Origin: an uncultured Methanoregulaceae archaeon
GTDB taxonomy: Archaea > Halobacteriota > Methanomicrobia > Methanomicrobiales > Methanospirillaceae
DNA length: 64,000 bases
Reading direction: 5' to 3'
Assembly: GCA_963790005.1 (NCBI GenBank)
Contig: CAWBMY010000027.1
Location: forward strand, 3,213 to 67,212
Numbering within the stretch: position 1 is the first letter of the stretch; every line of letters starts with the position of its first letter. Of this stretch, positions 33,993 to 46,774 are shown piece by piece. The position numbers were made by a program, and so were the translations under genes. A model generated the notes under the pieces. The model was given only the letters and a program-made list of their open reading frames with translations. It ran no database searches and was not told the DNA's origin.

Positions 33993-34478
33993 TTACCGCG
34001 TGATCCCCAGCGTCGGATAGGCGGACTTCTGCGTGCCGGCGCTCTGGACGATCCGGTCCAGTTCATCGACCACCGTTTTAAGTGACGGGGGTATAGCGGT
34101 TTCCGCGGCAGTAACCGTCTTGCCATGATAACTGATCGTATACGTCATCAGGTCTGGAGTGCTGCGGGGAGCCGAATAGTTGGTCTGGAGCTGCGAGAAC
34201 TCTGACTCGTTAAACAGCACAGACATGAGCGCCATGTCGGTCGAATTCAGGGATACTTCGGTACTGGCAGATGGCCCGGAGACGACGGCGATACCGTTGT
34301 CGAAGATCACGAGGCGGTCACTGACACCGTCAATGCCCCCCGTCCGGTGATAATCGACAAATACCGCCGGGGGTTCCGTCTTGTTGACCGGGAGGATCCT
34401 GGTACCGAGACAACCGGCACCTGCCAGTACAAGAACAAGGATAAAAACCGAAAGTATCGGCAGAAATTTTATACGCAT
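33993..34478 (-). CDS. Hypothetical lipoprotein
   Basis: Signal peptide ending AGC; YHRTGGIDG. Confidence 0.7.
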   Translation of the reverse strand: MRIKFLPILSVFILVLVLAGAGCLGTRILPVNKTEPPAVFVDYHRTGGIDGVSDRLVIFDNGIAVVSGPSASTEVSLNSTDMALMSVLFNESEFSQLQTNYSAPRSTPDLMTYTISYHGKTVTAAETAIPPSLKTVVDELDRIVQSAGTQKSAYPTLGITR

Positions 34479-34516
34479 CACCCCGAGGGTACCGTTATCT
34501 CCGCGTATCTTCCGGA

Positions 34517-34846
34517 TTATAACTGCACAACATCCGCCTTTTTGGATTTTGATCCTGTTTTACGCTCGGGAAGGACTTCTTCGAGCGCTTTTAAGAGGCT
34601 GTCCATCTTGTCGCTGTTAAAGACCGCCCGGAATGCCGCAAGTTCGGCAGCGTTCATGATCATGATCCCTTTCTTTTTCATGGGAAGACCGTTTTCACCG
34701 AGCGGGTTGATATCGATCGCAAGGGAGGCAGGGCGGTTTTTTGTTGCCGGAAGCCGGATGATGGAGACACCGGCAAGCGTGGTTGCTTTTCGTTCCCAGT
34801 CCCCGCCTTCTTCGATAAATGCCTTGAGGGTTTCTGTTAATTCCAT
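34517..34846 (-). CDS. Conserved archaeal hypothetical protein
   Basis: DWERKATT..GVSIIRLP...LAIDINP...KKKGIMI. Confidence 0.7.
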   Translation of the reverse strand: MELTETLKAFIEEGGDWERKATTLAGVSIIRLPATKNRPASLAIDINPLGENGLPMKKKGIMIMNAAELAAFRAVFNSDKMDSLLKALEEVLPERKTGSKSKKADVVQL

Positions 34847-35022
34847 GAAAAGAACTGTTAATTTATATATTAAAAGACTATCCGTTCCGTTTTTTGGCCA
34901 GCATAAAAAAAGGGTTGCATGGTATCCAGAAAAAAGAGTCCGCACGGTGATCACATCAGGATCTCTGGCCATATTCTAAAAGGTTGAAACGCAGATATTT
35001 GATGAGGAAAAACGAGATAACC

Positions 35023-35875
35023 ATGCCACGGATCGCCCTTCGCCCGGATCAGCCGTTCTCCCTTGACCAGACTCTGGGGTGCGGGCAGGTCTTCCGCTGG
35101 GATCGAGGAAGCGATGGCTGGTGGTGCGGGGTCGTAGGGAACAAGGTAATCCGGTGCCGGCAGGAGGGCGCGACCCTCATGTACGAGGGTGCAGACGAGA
35201 AAGATATCCGTCACTATTTCTCCCTCGATCTCGATCTTGGAGCGATCCTGGAAGCGATCGACCACGACCCGTTCATCCACACAGCGATCGAACAGTGCCG
35301 GGGCCTGCGCCTCGTGCGGCAGCCCGCGTGGGAGTGCCTCTGCTCGTATATCTGCGCAACGAACTCCAACATCCCCATGATCAGGCGCCGGATCGCGACC
35401 ATCGCGCAGCAGTTCGGAGACGAGATCGTAGCCGGAGACACAGAAATTTTTTGCGTTTCCCGGGCCTGAAAAACTGTCCTGCACAGGCAAAGAGGCGACG
35501 CTTGCCGGTTGCAAACTTGGCTACCGCACGCCCTATGTGTTCAGCACGGCCTGCGAAGTTGCGGCCGAAAAAGACTGGGCAAAAACCATTGCAGCGCTGC
35601 CGTACGAAGAGGCCCGCCGGCAGATGATGAAGTTCTCCGGTATCGGCCCAAAGGCGGCTGACTGCGTCCTGCTCTTTGCATTCCAGAAGTACGAAGCGTT
35701 CCCGGTCGACGTCTGGATCCGGCGGATCATGCGGGAACATTACATCACGACGCTCACAAGCGACAGTGCGCTGACAGGCTGGGAATACGATACGATACGC
35801 AGGTTTGCCCGTCATCATTTCGGTGAATACTGCGGATACGCGCAGGAATATCTCTACGCGGCCCGGGACAGCTAA
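35023..35875 (+). CDS. 8-oxoguanine DNA glycosylase (Ogg1/HhH-GPD), frameshifted
   Basis: TLGCGQVFRW, WECLCSYICATN, GIGPKAADCV, FPVDVW, GYAQEYLY. Confidence 0.9.
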
Positions 35876-35948
35876 AACTCCCCGGGTCATCACAAGTATG
35901 AGAAAACCGGCCGGCGCTCCTCACATTCTCCGGACCACCCTGATATCC

Positions 35949-36884
35949 ATGGACGGCATACACATCGGTAAACTGCCAAAATCAATCATCGCCTTAGCGT
36001 GCGCGACCGTGCTCTTCGGGACGGCGACACCGCTTCTGAAGATCCTCGTCGACGGGATGGCTCCCCTGCTCCTCATCGCTCTCCTTGCGATAGGATCGGG
36101 TGCCGGTATTCTCTGCTGGCGGGCGGTAAGCGGACCACGTTTTACGACAGGGCAGCCCTGTGCAGGCAGAAGGGAGAAGTACCTTCTGGCAGGAACGGTC
36201 GTTGTCGGAGGATTTGTGGCGCCCGTCGTGCAGTGCTTTGCCCTTACCGTTACTCCTGCCGCCACGGCATCGCTTCTCTTAAACTTCGAGATTGTCGCGA
36301 CAGTCCTGCTCGCGTTTCTGGTTTTTCATGAACCGGCAGACAAAAAAACCGGTCTTGCCCTCATACTTATTTTCGCCGGCAGTATCCTTCTCGGGTGGAA
36401 CGGGGAGAGCGCCCTTGGGTTTTCGCTTGGGGCCCTCGGGATCATTATCTCCGGTTTTTTCTGGGGCGTGGACAACAACTGTATGGCGCATATCTCCGCG
36501 TACCCTCCCGGTCTGATCGCCCTGTGCAAGGTGATCTTTGGCGGAACCATTGCGGGAGTGCTCGTGATCGCGCTCGGGGAGCCCCTGCCCGGTGCGGATC
36601 TGATCGTACTCGCCCTCCTCACCGGGTTCTTTTCCTACGGTCTTGGGCTCATCCTCTTTATCGTGGCCCTGCGGGACATGGGCGCGGCCCGCGCGGGAGC
36701 GGTGTATGCGGCTGCACCGTTTATCGGGTGCATTGCCTCGCTTGTCGTCTTTTCCGATCTTCCCGGTGGCCAGTTCTGGCTTGCCATCCCCTTCTTTGTC
36801 GCAGGTGCGTTGATCGTGATCTACGAACAATGGAAACGGGAATATTCCCCCGGATCAGAACCGATATCGACGAAGATTCCTTAA
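35949..36884 (+). CDS. EamA/DMT family transporter
   Basis: About 10 TM helices; ASLLLNFE, WGVDNN. Confidence 0.88.
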   Translation: MDGIHIGKLPKSIIALACATVLFGTATPLLKILVDGMAPLLLIALLAIGSGAGILCWRAVSGPRFTTGQPCAGRREKYLLAGTVVVGGFVAPVVQCFALTVTPAATASLLLNFEIVATVLLAFLVFHEPADKKTGLALILIFAGSILLGWNGESALGFSLGALGIIISGFFWGVDNNCMAHISAYPPGLIALCKVIFGGTIAGVLVIALGEPLPGADLIVLALLTGFFSYGLGLILFIVALRDMGAARAGAVYAAAPFIGCIASLVVFSDLPGGQFWLAIPFFVAGALIVIYEQWKREYSPGSEPISTKIP

Positions 36885-36956
36885 AAACCGGCCAGTGTGG
36901 CGACTGCACAGAGACTGAACCGAACTGGTATAAAAAAAGCAACGTTAAAGGGAAAT

Positions 36957-38185
36957 TTATGTCCCGATATCCCAGCTGCACTGGTATTTTTTCTGGGCGG
37001 CACTCGAGCTCGTCAATGGAGAGCCCGAGTGACGCAAGTTTGAGACGGGCAACCTGCTCGTCGATCTCATTGGGAACTTCGTAGACCCCGCCCTTGAGGG
37101 AGGAGCCATGTTCCGCGATGTACCGGGTGCAGAGCGCCTGGAGCGCGAAGCTTAAGTCCATGACCTCGATGGGGTGACCCATGCCCTTTGGCGTCGCAAG
37201 GTTCACAAGCCGGCCTTCGGCGAGCACATGAACCGGTTTTCCCTTGAGGATATAGGTAACAATCCCGTCGCGCTCGACTGTCGAGTCCGCGTGTTTTTCA
37301 AGCCACGCGACGTCGATCTCCACGTTGAAGTGACCGGCGTTTGCAAGGATCGCGCCGGGTTTGAGTTTCCCGAACTGGTTCTTCCCGATCACGCTCGTGT
37401 TACCCGTTGTCGTGACAAAGATGTCGCCGATCTCTGCTGCCTGGTCCATGGTCATGACATGGTAGCCGTCCATGTGCGCCTCAAGGGCCCGCCGTGGGTC
37501 GACTTCGGTGACGACGACTTTTGCACCAAGACCGTGTGCCTTCTTTGCAAGGCCACGCCCGCAGAACCCGTACCCGGCAACGACGAAATACTTGCCGGCA
37601 ATAAGGGCATTCGTGGTGATCATGATCGATGAGAGCACGCTCTCCCCGGTCCCGTGCACATTGTCAAAGAACCGCTTCATCGGGGTGTCGTTGACCGCAA
37701 CGACCGGGAACTCAAGTTTTTTCTCGGCCGCCATCGCCCGGAGCCGGTGGATACCGGTCGTGGTCTCTTCGCAGCCGCCGATCACTTTCTTTAAGAGTTC
37801 GCGCCGTTTCGTGTGCAGGTAGTGGATAAGGTCCATCCCGTCATCGATGGTAATGGACGGTGCAGCATCGAGCACCTGCTCGATTGCCGCGTAATACTCT
37901 TCGACCGTGCACCCGCGTTTTGCAAAGCAGTGCACATTCTTGACATGGTTCAATGCTTCTGCCACATCGTCCTGCGTGGAGAGCGGGTTGCACCCGGTGA
38001 TGTAGACCTTTGCGCCGCCGGCGGCAAGCGTCTGGACGAGGTTTGCGGTCTTTGCCTCGACATGGAGGGCCATGCCAATCGTCATGCCCTTGAATGGCTT
38101 GTCCTTCTCGAACTGCTTTTTAATCGAGGCAAGCACCGGCATGTACTGTGCCGCCCAGTCAATTTTCAGTTTCCCGGGTACTCAT
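36957..38185 (-). CDS. ahcY: Adenosylhomocysteinase (small indels at the ends)
   Basis: CNPLSTQD, EETTTG, FDNVHGTG, NAGHFNVEI, GRLVNL..GHP. Confidence 0.96.
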
Positions 38186-38337
38186 AAAAAACTCCTTTTT
38201 TACACCTGCCCGTGGCAGGTGTCAGTTTACTACGTACCCATTCATTAGGGCGACCAATGCACATAAACTTCCCCGCGTGGAGCGGCAGGAGTCAGTCAGA
38301 TAGGTAAATAGCCTTTGCAGGAGAAAACAGGAATGAA

Positions 38338-39145
38338 ATGGTGCTCACGCGACGGATCGTCCCCTGCCTCGACTTAAAGGATGGCAGGGTCGTAAAAGGG
38401 ACAAATTTCCTGGGGCTCCGGGACGCCGGCGACCCGGTGGAACTGGCCGAGCGCTACAACGAACAGGGAGCAGATGAGGTCGTATTTCTGGATATCACCG
38501 CTTCAAAAGAGAAACGCGGCATCATCATCGACCTGATCCAGCGTGCGGCTGACCGGCTCTTCCTGCCGCTCACGGTCGGAGGCGGCCTGAAGTCACTCGA
38601 AGATATCCAGCAGATCCTACGGGCCGGTGCCGACAAGGTGAGCCTGAATACGAGCGCCGTGCACGACCCGACCCTGATCACGAAAGGCGCGGAGTCCTTC
38701 GGGACGCAGTGCATCGTGGTCGCGATGGACGTCCGCCGGAACTTCACGGAAAATGCAGCGGCGATCCCGGTCACCCTCGCTGATGGCCGGACCTGCTGGT
38801 ACGAGGTCGTGATCTACGGGGGGAGCAAACCGACCGGGATCGACGCGGTGCGCTGGGCAAAAGATGCAGAGGAGCGCGGTGCCGGGGAGATCCTCTTAAC
38901 GAGCATGGAGACCGACGGGACGAAAAACGGGTTTGACCTCGCGATCACCCGGGCGATCTCGGAATCGGCAAATATCCCGGTGATCGCAAGCGGGGGCGTC
39001 GGGACGCTCGAACATTTCTACGACGGGTTTACGAAAGGAAAAGCAGACGCCTGCCTTGCGGCAAGCGTCTTTCACTACGGCGAGTTTACTGTCCGAGACG
39101 TAAAAGAGTATCTTTCGAAGCGGGATATCCCGGTACGGCCTATGA
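38338..39145 (+). CDS. hisF: Imidazole glycerol phosphate synthase cyclase subunit
   Basis: [37 protein letters not shown]. Confidence 0.96.
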
Positions 39146-40745
39146 GATCGAGCTCGAACGCAGCGACCGGGTGTTCCAGTTCAAACGCGGTAAGCACGGC
39201 GGGATGAATCTCGCCGAACACGCCGACTTTTTTCCCGTTAGACGATAATATCGGCTCTCCTGCCATCGATAAACGCGTCGTCCTTTGATTCTTCCACCGT
39301 GTAACTGATGCCAAGTTCCCGGAGCACCGCATCCGCATGGGCGTAGGCTTCCGAGAAATCCGCTGCCGGGTGGGTGCTTGCCGCTGCAAGCTGCTGCAGT
39401 GGTCTGGAGATCGGCCACAACATCACCGGTCGCAAAGATCCGCTGCGGCAGCTCGCGGTGCCGGTTGACCTGGAGCATCTCCAAAAGGAGCGGCAGGATA
39501 TCGGTACGGACGACCGTGTACTCCTCGCTTATCGGGTGCATGAGGTGCAGCACGTGCGGCGAGCGGGGGCGCCGGAGGTAATCGGAGAGCACCCGTTCGT
39601 TTGTCAGCGTGAAGGGCATCATCTCCAGGTACCCGATCCCCGAGAGGATCGTGCGTGCCTGGCTGGCAACCGTGTTTGCTCCGTGTTCCTTTCCTATGGA
39701 GAAGGTCGGTGGGATCTGGACGTCGAAGTTCTCGTACCCGTAGGCAATGGCGACATCCTCGAAGAGGTCCCAGTCATGCATGATATCGGCCCGGAAACAG
39801 GGGACCTGCACTTTTACCCGGTCGTTCCCGACCGGCTGGGCGCCAAACCGCATCTTTTCCAGGAGCGCCGCCATCTGCGGGGCGGTCAGTTCGAGGCCGA
39901 CAAGCTCGCAGCACTCGCGGACACTTACCGTGCGCTCCGTGGGAGCGAGGCTGGGAGTCGCGACGCCGTTTATCTCGACACTCTCGATGGTCGCACCGGC
40001 TTCTGCCATCGCGGTGCAGAGGATGTTTGCCGCGACATTGACCGCACGCTGGTCGGTACCGGTCACATCGAGGAGGATGTTTTTGGTCTTTGTCGTCACC
40101 CGGGTCCGCTCGCCGTTGATGATCGGCGGGAACGAGCAGACATGATCCTCGTCATCGGTGATCAGGGGAAAGAGCGGGAAGTCCTTTACGATCTTCGCAT
40201 AGTCCTTTCCCTTCGGGTGCTCGGCAAGAATGCCATCGAGCGTGAGTTCTTTGGTGAAATCGAGCGGGACAAATTTCCTGCTCCGTCGGCGAGGCCGTGT
40301 AATGGAACGGCGGCGTTATCGTGTCGAGATCGTGAATGCCGATGGCGACCTTGCTCCGCCCCCTCCCGACAGCCCAGTGCAGCGCTTCCTGGAGCGCCAT
40401 GACCGAGAGGATCGATTCGTCGTCAAAGGAGACGTTTCTGATGATTGCAGAACCAAGGCAGGGCCGGATATTGGCGAGTTTCGGGTCAATGGTGAATTTG
40501 ATCCCGGAGGGTTTTACCGAGTACTTCGGGAGGCCGGTCTCGATCCCGAGAAATCCCCGCATCGCACGGGCAGCGCCTTCGACCGAGAAGAGATCGGGAC
40601 GGTTGGGGAAGAACTCGACGTCCACGTGGTCCTCCTCGATGCGTTCGATCTCGGAGCCGATCATCGGGATACGCTTGAGGATCGTCTCCTTGTCGGTCCC
40701 GGTGAGCCGTTCGAGATACTTGTAGGAAAGGCTGATGATTGCCAT
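39140..40745 (-). CDS. pheT: Phenylalanyl-tRNA synthetase beta subunit, frameshifted
   Basis: [36 protein letters not shown]. Confidence 0.93.
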
Positions 40746-40746
40746 G

Positions 40747-42203
40747 TTACGCTTTCCTCCCGACTTTTACCGGGGCATGGACCGGGCTGTTTCTGATCCA
40801 TTCGAGGTCGCTCTGGTATAACTGGCGGAGATCTTTTAAGCCGAGCCTGAACATCGCGACCCGGCTCACGCCAAGACCCCATGCGAGCACAGGATACGTA
40901 ACCCCCCACGGTGCGGTGACTTCCTGCCGGAAGACGCCGGCCCCGCCCATCTCGACCCAGCCAAGGCCGTCGACATAGATCTCGGGCTCGACCGAGGGCT
41001 CAGTGTACGGGAAGAACCCGGGCCGGAACCGCACATCCTCAAAGCCCATCCGCTGGTAGAACTCTTTTAAGAACCCGAGCAGGTGGCGGAACGTGACACC
41101 CTTGTCCATCACGATCCCTTCGAGCTGCTCGAACTCGGGCGTGTGGGTGGGGTCGATGGCTTCGCGGCGGTATACCCTGCCGATGCAGAACGCCTTGACC
41201 GGCGGCTCCGGGTGGTTGACAAGATACTGGATGGAAAGACTCGTCGTATGGGTCCGGAGCACGCACTGCTTTGCCTTATTGGGGTTCCACTTCCCGCCCC
41301 AGCCGGTGGAAGAGGTTTCCCCGCCGTGCTCGTGCATGTCGCGGAGGAGTTCCCAGCCTTTCGGCAGCGGCGCTTCCTCCTTGAGATAGAAGGTGTCCTG
41401 CATCTCCCGGGCCGGGTGGTCCTGGGGCTGGAAGAGGGCATCGAAGTTCCAGAACGCGCTCTGGACAATCCCGCCGTGCATCTCGGTAAAGCCCATCTCT
41501 AACAGGATCTGGCGCATCTCGTCGATGAGCCGCTGGTACGGGTGGGATTTCCCCGGGTAGACGGTCTTTGGCAGCTTGTGGATGTCGTACTTCCGCAGGT
41601 TCGCGGTCTTCCACGAGCCGGAGAGGATCTGGTCCCGGGTGAGGGTGCCGATCTCTTCTGTGAGGTCGAAACCCTGCGCTGCGAGGGCTGCACCGGCAGG
41701 AGTGAGCGCAACCGTGTAGCGGACGGACTCGGTTTCGGTGAGCAGTTTGCGCTTGATGAGTTCCTTTGCCCGGGCACCGGCTGCCCCGGGGTCTGCAAGC
41801 GCCGCTTCATCATCGGCGGTGGAGCTCCCGGCGCTTTTGTGACGGTGCCATCACTAACAGTGATCAGCCCTTTTTTCCTGAGCTGGCCAAACCGATCTTA
41901 AATGCCGGGTGCTTCTGGAGTTCCGCGAGAGGGATGCCGGCATCGCCGATTGCCCGGAGGAGTTGGGTCTCGGGAAGTCCTGCGGCCCGGTATGCCGACC
42001 CCTCTTCCGTATAGGCAAAGGATTTTTCGACAATGCGTTCGAGCTTCACGAGGCCGTTGTCCATCGCAAGGTGCGCCCACTGAACGACCGCCTCGGGGGT
42101 CGCGTCCATCGCATGCTGCGACCTGCGGGACCTCAACGGTCTTTGTTCCCGTCTTTTCAAGCGCGGCAAGCAGCCTCTTCTCGTTTAACGTCAGTTCCGC
42201 CAT
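40747..42203 (-). CDS. pheS: Phenylalanyl-tRNA synthetase alpha subunit, frameshifted
   Basis: [34 protein letters not shown]. Confidence 0.95.
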
Positions 42204-42209
42204 CTGCTC

Positions 42210-43466
42210 TCACACCTCGATTGTCTCTGCTGCCACGTCCATCTTCTCCTTGAAGTCCTTTAAGAACGACATGACCCGTTCTGCCGTCTCCTTCTTGCAC
42301 TGGCCGCAGGTGATCTCTCCCGCCTTGCACTTCCGGTGGATCTCCGCCAGCTGTGCATCGTCGGTCACCATGTGGAACATGTTGAGGAGATAGAGCGTGC
42401 ACTTCTCCGGTTCGCCGCCGAGCCTCTTCTGCTCCTCAAGCGTCATCCTGCCACCGGTGAGGGCGCTCATCACTTTCTTTCGTACCGCTGCCTCGGGCTC
42501 GTAGAACGAGATGAGACTCTCCGGGATGCTCGACGACATCTTGCCGCCGGTCAGTCCCGGGAGGAAGATATGGTAGGTAGAAGAGGGGGTGTAGAACCCG
42601 TATCCTCCGCAGGCCCGCTCGATCTCCCGCACCCGTGAACTCACATCGGCGCATTCGGCGCCCCTGATATCCACATGGCCCTCGTATTTTTTCGCGTGCG
42701 GGAATGCCTTTTTCACCGCTTCAAGCGCTTCCTCGGGGGCGTTCTTCGAGCGCACGCTGATGAGCCCCTCGCGCTCCTCGACCGTGAACATCCGGAACTT
42801 GTGGGCGATCCCCCGTGTAAGCCGGATATGGGGGTCCTGGTCGATCCCCACCGGCACAAGAGTCGGGGCCGGCTCCCGGTCGATCTGCGGGTACAGGATA
42901 TCGGCCACCTGTGTGATCACGCTGTCCGCGTGGGCAAGCGCAGTCTCCGGGCCAAACCCGTAGATCGCCGAAAGTTCCGAGAAATTGACTTTTGTTGCCG
43001 CTTCAAACGCGAGATCCTTGAGCCGCTCGTTCTTGCTCTGGAAGTAGGTCTGCCCCTCAAACCCGAGGGCAAACAGGCAGGAGAGGTACTCCTTCCCGAA
43101 CTCCCGGCACTTCTCCCATGACAGGCCCCGGACCGCGTGTGCCTCCCGGTCAGCAATCGTGATATACCCGTTTGCTCCCTGCTGCGTATGCCAGACCACT
43201 TCACGCATGAGCATCAGGTGCCCGAGGTGCGGGTGGCCGCTCGGCATGAACCCGGTCAGGAGATGAAACGGCGTGTGGTTCCTGATCGCCCGGGCGATCG
43301 GGAGGTAATCCCGCTGGCCGACCACGATTCCCCGGCGCATGAAATACGGGATCTCGGGGAGTTCTTTTAAGACCGGCGCTATCGGGTCGATGCCGAACTC
43401 GGCAAATGTCTTCTCGACGTCAAGGGAGGGGGTGCTTGACCAGGGATTGATCTGCGGTTCTGTCAT
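42210..43466 (-). CDS. trpS: Tryptophanyl-tRNA synthetase
   Basis: PSGHPHLGH (HIGH), GIDQDPH, KMSSS. Confidence 0.96.
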   Translation of the reverse strand: MTEPQINPWSSTPSLDVEKTFAEFGIDPIAPVLKELPEIPYFMRRGIVVGQRDYLPIARAIRNHTPFHLLTGFMPSGHPHLGHLMLMREVVWHTQQGANGYITIADREAHAVRGLSWEKCREFGKEYLSCLFALGFEGQTYFQSKNERLKDLAFEAATKVNFSELSAIYGFGPETALAHADSVITQVADILYPQIDREPAPTLVPVGIDQDPHIRLTRGIAHKFRMFTVEEREGLISVRSKNAPEEALEAVKKAFPHAKKYEGHVDIRGAECADVSSRVREIERACGGYGFYTPSSTYHIFLPGLTGGKMSSSIPESLISFYEPEAAVRKKVMSALTGGRMTLEEQKRLGGEPEKCTLYLLNMFHMVTDDAQLAEIHRKCKAGEITCGQCKKETAERVMSFLKDFKEKMDVAAETIEV

Positions 43467-43486
43467 GATGGAAACGCTCTAACTTA

Positions 43487-44497
43487 TTATAACTTGATCC
43501 GCGCAAATTCGACGAACTGGATACCGGTAGTATGTACGCAGCCAAATAACATCTTCTTTTTGACGCTGTGCGCCATCCTGACCGACCGCGAGATCACGCT
43601 CATGGGCATGACCGCTTCTTTCTCAATTGCGTGTACCAGGAGGTCGGAGTGGACGTTCTTGCCGCAGTAGACACGGAAGTGGTGGCCGAACTTGTAGCCG
43701 GTCCGGGGGGTGAAGTTATGCTGCCGCAGCTCGGTGTAGACCTTATCTTTTTCCGCAAGCTCCTGATCCGATTGTGAAGCGTACTCGAAGTATTCGGCGG
43801 CAGAGACCGAGGCGCCGTCTTTTTTTGCCACAAGGATACCGGCCTCCATAAGGTAGAGGAGCTCGACCGGGGAAATCATGAGCCGTTCATCGTCAAGGCG
43901 TTTCCCGAATCCTGCACCTTCGAGATCCGATTGCGGGGGTACTCTCACCATGGCCGATCTCCCGGCAAGAAGCGCCTCTGCTTTAGGAATCGCCGGTGCG
44001 GCAACGCAGGCATCGGCAAGTTTCTGGAGCTTGATCTCGTAGTAGGTCAGCTCCTCCTCGTCATCAACAACCGCAAGCACGTACTGCTTGCGCATGTTCC
44101 GGGAGGTAACGACTTCTTCGATCAGCTTGGCAAACCGGATCGGGTCACGCTCCGAGAGAACGCGGACCAGGTAGAGCGACTCTCCCGTTCCCGGTTTCTC
44201 GCCGCGCCGGAAGACCCGGTAATCATGGGGGCCGGTCTGGACGACATACCCGCGCTCGCGCAGGTCGCGGTACACGAGAAAACTGCGCAGGAAGTTGCGC
44301 TGGTCGGCATACTCGGCGAGCAGCGTATCAAACGTGTAACCCGGGACATCGATCTTCTGGCGATGGAGAAGATAGAGGGCTTCCTGCGGCGCGAGCCGTA
44401 TCCCTTCCCCTTCAGGACGCCCGTACCCGCTCTGGTCGTACAGCGTCCTCCCGTCCCTCCCGGTGAGCACCGAAGTGCCATCAAATATCGCCTTCAC
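43487..44497 (-). CDS. endA: tRNA-splicing endonuclease (homodimeric type)
   Basis: Two repeats; VYRDLRERGY, TGYKFGHHFRVY, RMAHSVKK. Confidence 0.95.
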   Translation of the reverse strand: MKAIFDGTSVLTGRDGRTLYDQSGYGRPEGEGIRLAPQEALYLLHRQKIDVPGYTFDTLLAEYADQRNFLRSFLVYRDLRERGYVVQTGPHDYRVFRRGEKPGTGESLYLVRVLSERDPIRFAKLIEEVVTSRNMRKQYVLAVVDDEEELTYYEIKLQKLADACVAAPAIPKAEALLAGRSAMVRVPPQSDLEGAGFGKRLDDERLMISPVELLYLMEAGILVAKKDGASVSAAEYFEYASQSDQELAEKDKVYTELRQHNFTPRTGYKFGHHFRVYCGKNVHSDLLVHAIEKEAVMPMSVISRSVRMAHSVKKKMLFGCVHTTGIQFVEFARIKL

Positions 44498-44803
44498 GTG
44501 AAGAAATTATAGGGAGTATAGGATAATAAGGGCGCGGGAGAAAGCCGGGCCGCGCGAACCGGCTCACGGGGAAGAGCTGGCCCGGGTAAAATCCCGGACA
44601 AATAAACGGTAATTCATAGGGATTCTACTTGTCCGGGACAATAGGTTTATGGTCCGGAAAAGCCAAAATTTCTCGCCACATTGTATTCTATACGTATGAC
44701 CTTCGTGCACGTCCCCCGGATCAATACCCTTTCCGGAAGATGAAAGTGTTACGATAGAGATGCATTGGTCTCCCGTTTAGGGATCATACCCATACCTGTT
44801 TTT

Positions 44804-45650
44804 TTATGCCGCAAGTTCGCGCACTTTCCTGATATTGCCCCGGTCGTCACGCCGTTCGTCAACAGGAGTTTCACAGACCAGCGGAAGGCGTGCAAAGACC
44901 GGGTTATGGAGGATGCGCCGGAACCCGTCCTCGCCGATGAACCCCATGCCGATATGCTCGTGCCGGTCAAGCCCGCTCCCGAGATCGCCCTTGGTGTCGT
45001 TGAGGTGGATCACTTTGAGCCGTGAAAGCCCCACCTGTTCGTCGAACTGCGCGAGGGTTGCGGCAAGTCCCTCTTCGGTCCGCAGTTCGTCAGCCGGCGG
45101 CAAACGCATGGCAGGTATCAAAGCAGATGCCAATCCGTTCGGGCTGTGACAGCCCGGCAAGGATGGCCCCGATATGCTCGAAACTGCTGCCGACGCTGTT
45201 CTTCTCCCCGGCAGTATTTTCAAGGAGCAGCATGGTTTTTGCATCGGAGGATTCGAGCGCTATATTCACCGCTTTTATCACCCGGGCCCTGCCGCCTGCC
45301 ATACCGTCCCCGAGGTGGTGGCCGAGATGGGTGACGAGATAGGGGATGCCGAGCCGGCCACACCGGTCGAGTTCGGCCGAGAGCGTCTGGACGGACTTCT
45401 CATAAATCTCGGGTTTTGGCGAGGCGAGGTTCGGGAGGTAGGGCATGTGGTCGACCGGGAGAAGGCCGGTGGTGGCGCACTTCTTTTTGTAGAGGGCACC
45501 GTCGTCATCGGAGAGCGGCTTGTATCCCCAGCCCCGGGGGTTGCGGGTAAACTGCTGGAAGACATCGCAGCCGGCGTCCTTTGCCCGGTCGACTGCGAGA
45601 TCGAGCGAACCGGCGATCGAGACATGCACGCCGACTCTTACCTGTGCGAT
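44804..45650 (-). CDS. nfo: Endonuclease IV, frameshifted
   Basis: HVSIAG, HMPYLPNLAS, LLENTAG, CFDTCH, HLND..DRHEHIG. Confidence 0.93.
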
Positions 45651-45756
45651 GGTTGATCACCATCCGGAACGGGAATCATGCTTGTATCAGGTAAGCATTG
45701 CGGCGAACCGGTACATGGAGATTGTGATCGTACCGGTCGGTTACTAAAAAAGAAGG

Positions 45757-46639
45757 TTAGTTCCTGCGCCGGTGCATGGCAAAGGCTGCGATGCCAAGGC
45801 CGAGGATACCGAGCGCGGCAAACGGCAGGGCTGCTTTCCGGGTTGTCGTGGCGGCTGCCGGGACAGATGCCGCCGCTCCTGCAGGAGAGGTGACCGCTGT
45901 TGTCTCGGATGTCGTTGTCACCTTCATCCCAATGGGGGAAACCACGTGGACAATATAATCGGAGACCGGCTGCACCCCGCCGATAAGACCGGCGTACTTG
46001 GGGCACGAATCCGACAATGCCTCACCTTTCACGAAACTGATATTGACGCTTGAGGCATCGTTCCTGCCGTTGAAAAAGAGCGACTGCCCGGGGAGGAGCG
46101 TTTTTTGTGCAACGGTCATCTTCCCGCTCGTGACAGTCACGTTCGAGGTTGTGGCCGTGCAGGTCGTCCCGGTGCAGGCAGAACAGTTCGGGAGCGGTGA
46201 TGGCAGATACTGCATAGTCGCCGATGAGCGCGGTCGGAAGGCTCCCGATATCGCCGATCTCATCGGTCGCATCGTCTGCACTGGCACCGGAGCCGTACAG
46301 TTTCGCAAGCGAAATCCAGGTCCCGCCCGTGCCGCCAAGGCTCACCGCAACTGCCTGATCGCCTTTGGCAAAGACGGAGAGCGCGGCCGGATCCGGGAGA
46401 GTACCGGTAAGCGTTGAGGTGTTCAGCGGCGTCCACGAACAGACCGGGGCCGACGTGCCCGAGCCATAGTCGCAGCCGTACTGCGAGGGGCCTGAAAGGG
46501 TCAGGGTGTTATTCGCAGAAGATACATCTGCCACGGTTCCTCTGACCGTCACCTGCAGGATAACGGCGCTCGCCGGGATCGCACAGGCAAACAGGAAGAG
46601 CAGGGCGGCACACAGGGTTAGACACGGGACTTTTTTCAT
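45757..46639 (-). CDS. Secreted surface protein with C-terminal TM sorting signal, frameshifted
   Basis: Signal peptide MKKVPCL...; Thr-rich linker; AALPFAALGILGLGIAAFAMHRRRN. Confidence 0.7.
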
Positions 46640-46774
46640 GGTTACCACTTCATATCGATGAGTTGTAATGGCTTCATCGACCCGGCGTCTTAAAAATCCT
46701 GCACATCCGAGTACGCCGCACGAAGAAGAACCGGTACCTGTACCTTGATGAGGAAAGAGTGCCAATCTCCGGGT

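Noticed and set aside
39140-39207. Long antisense overlap between hisF and pheT, and similar C-terminal extensions of ahcY and cdc6
   Set aside because: Artefacts of indels near the true stop codons.
39374-40402. Long antisense ORFs (e.g. 342 aa opposite pheT, 305 aa opposite the RND gene)
   Set aside because: Shadow ORFs arising from codon bias in GC-rich genes, with no recognisable motifs.
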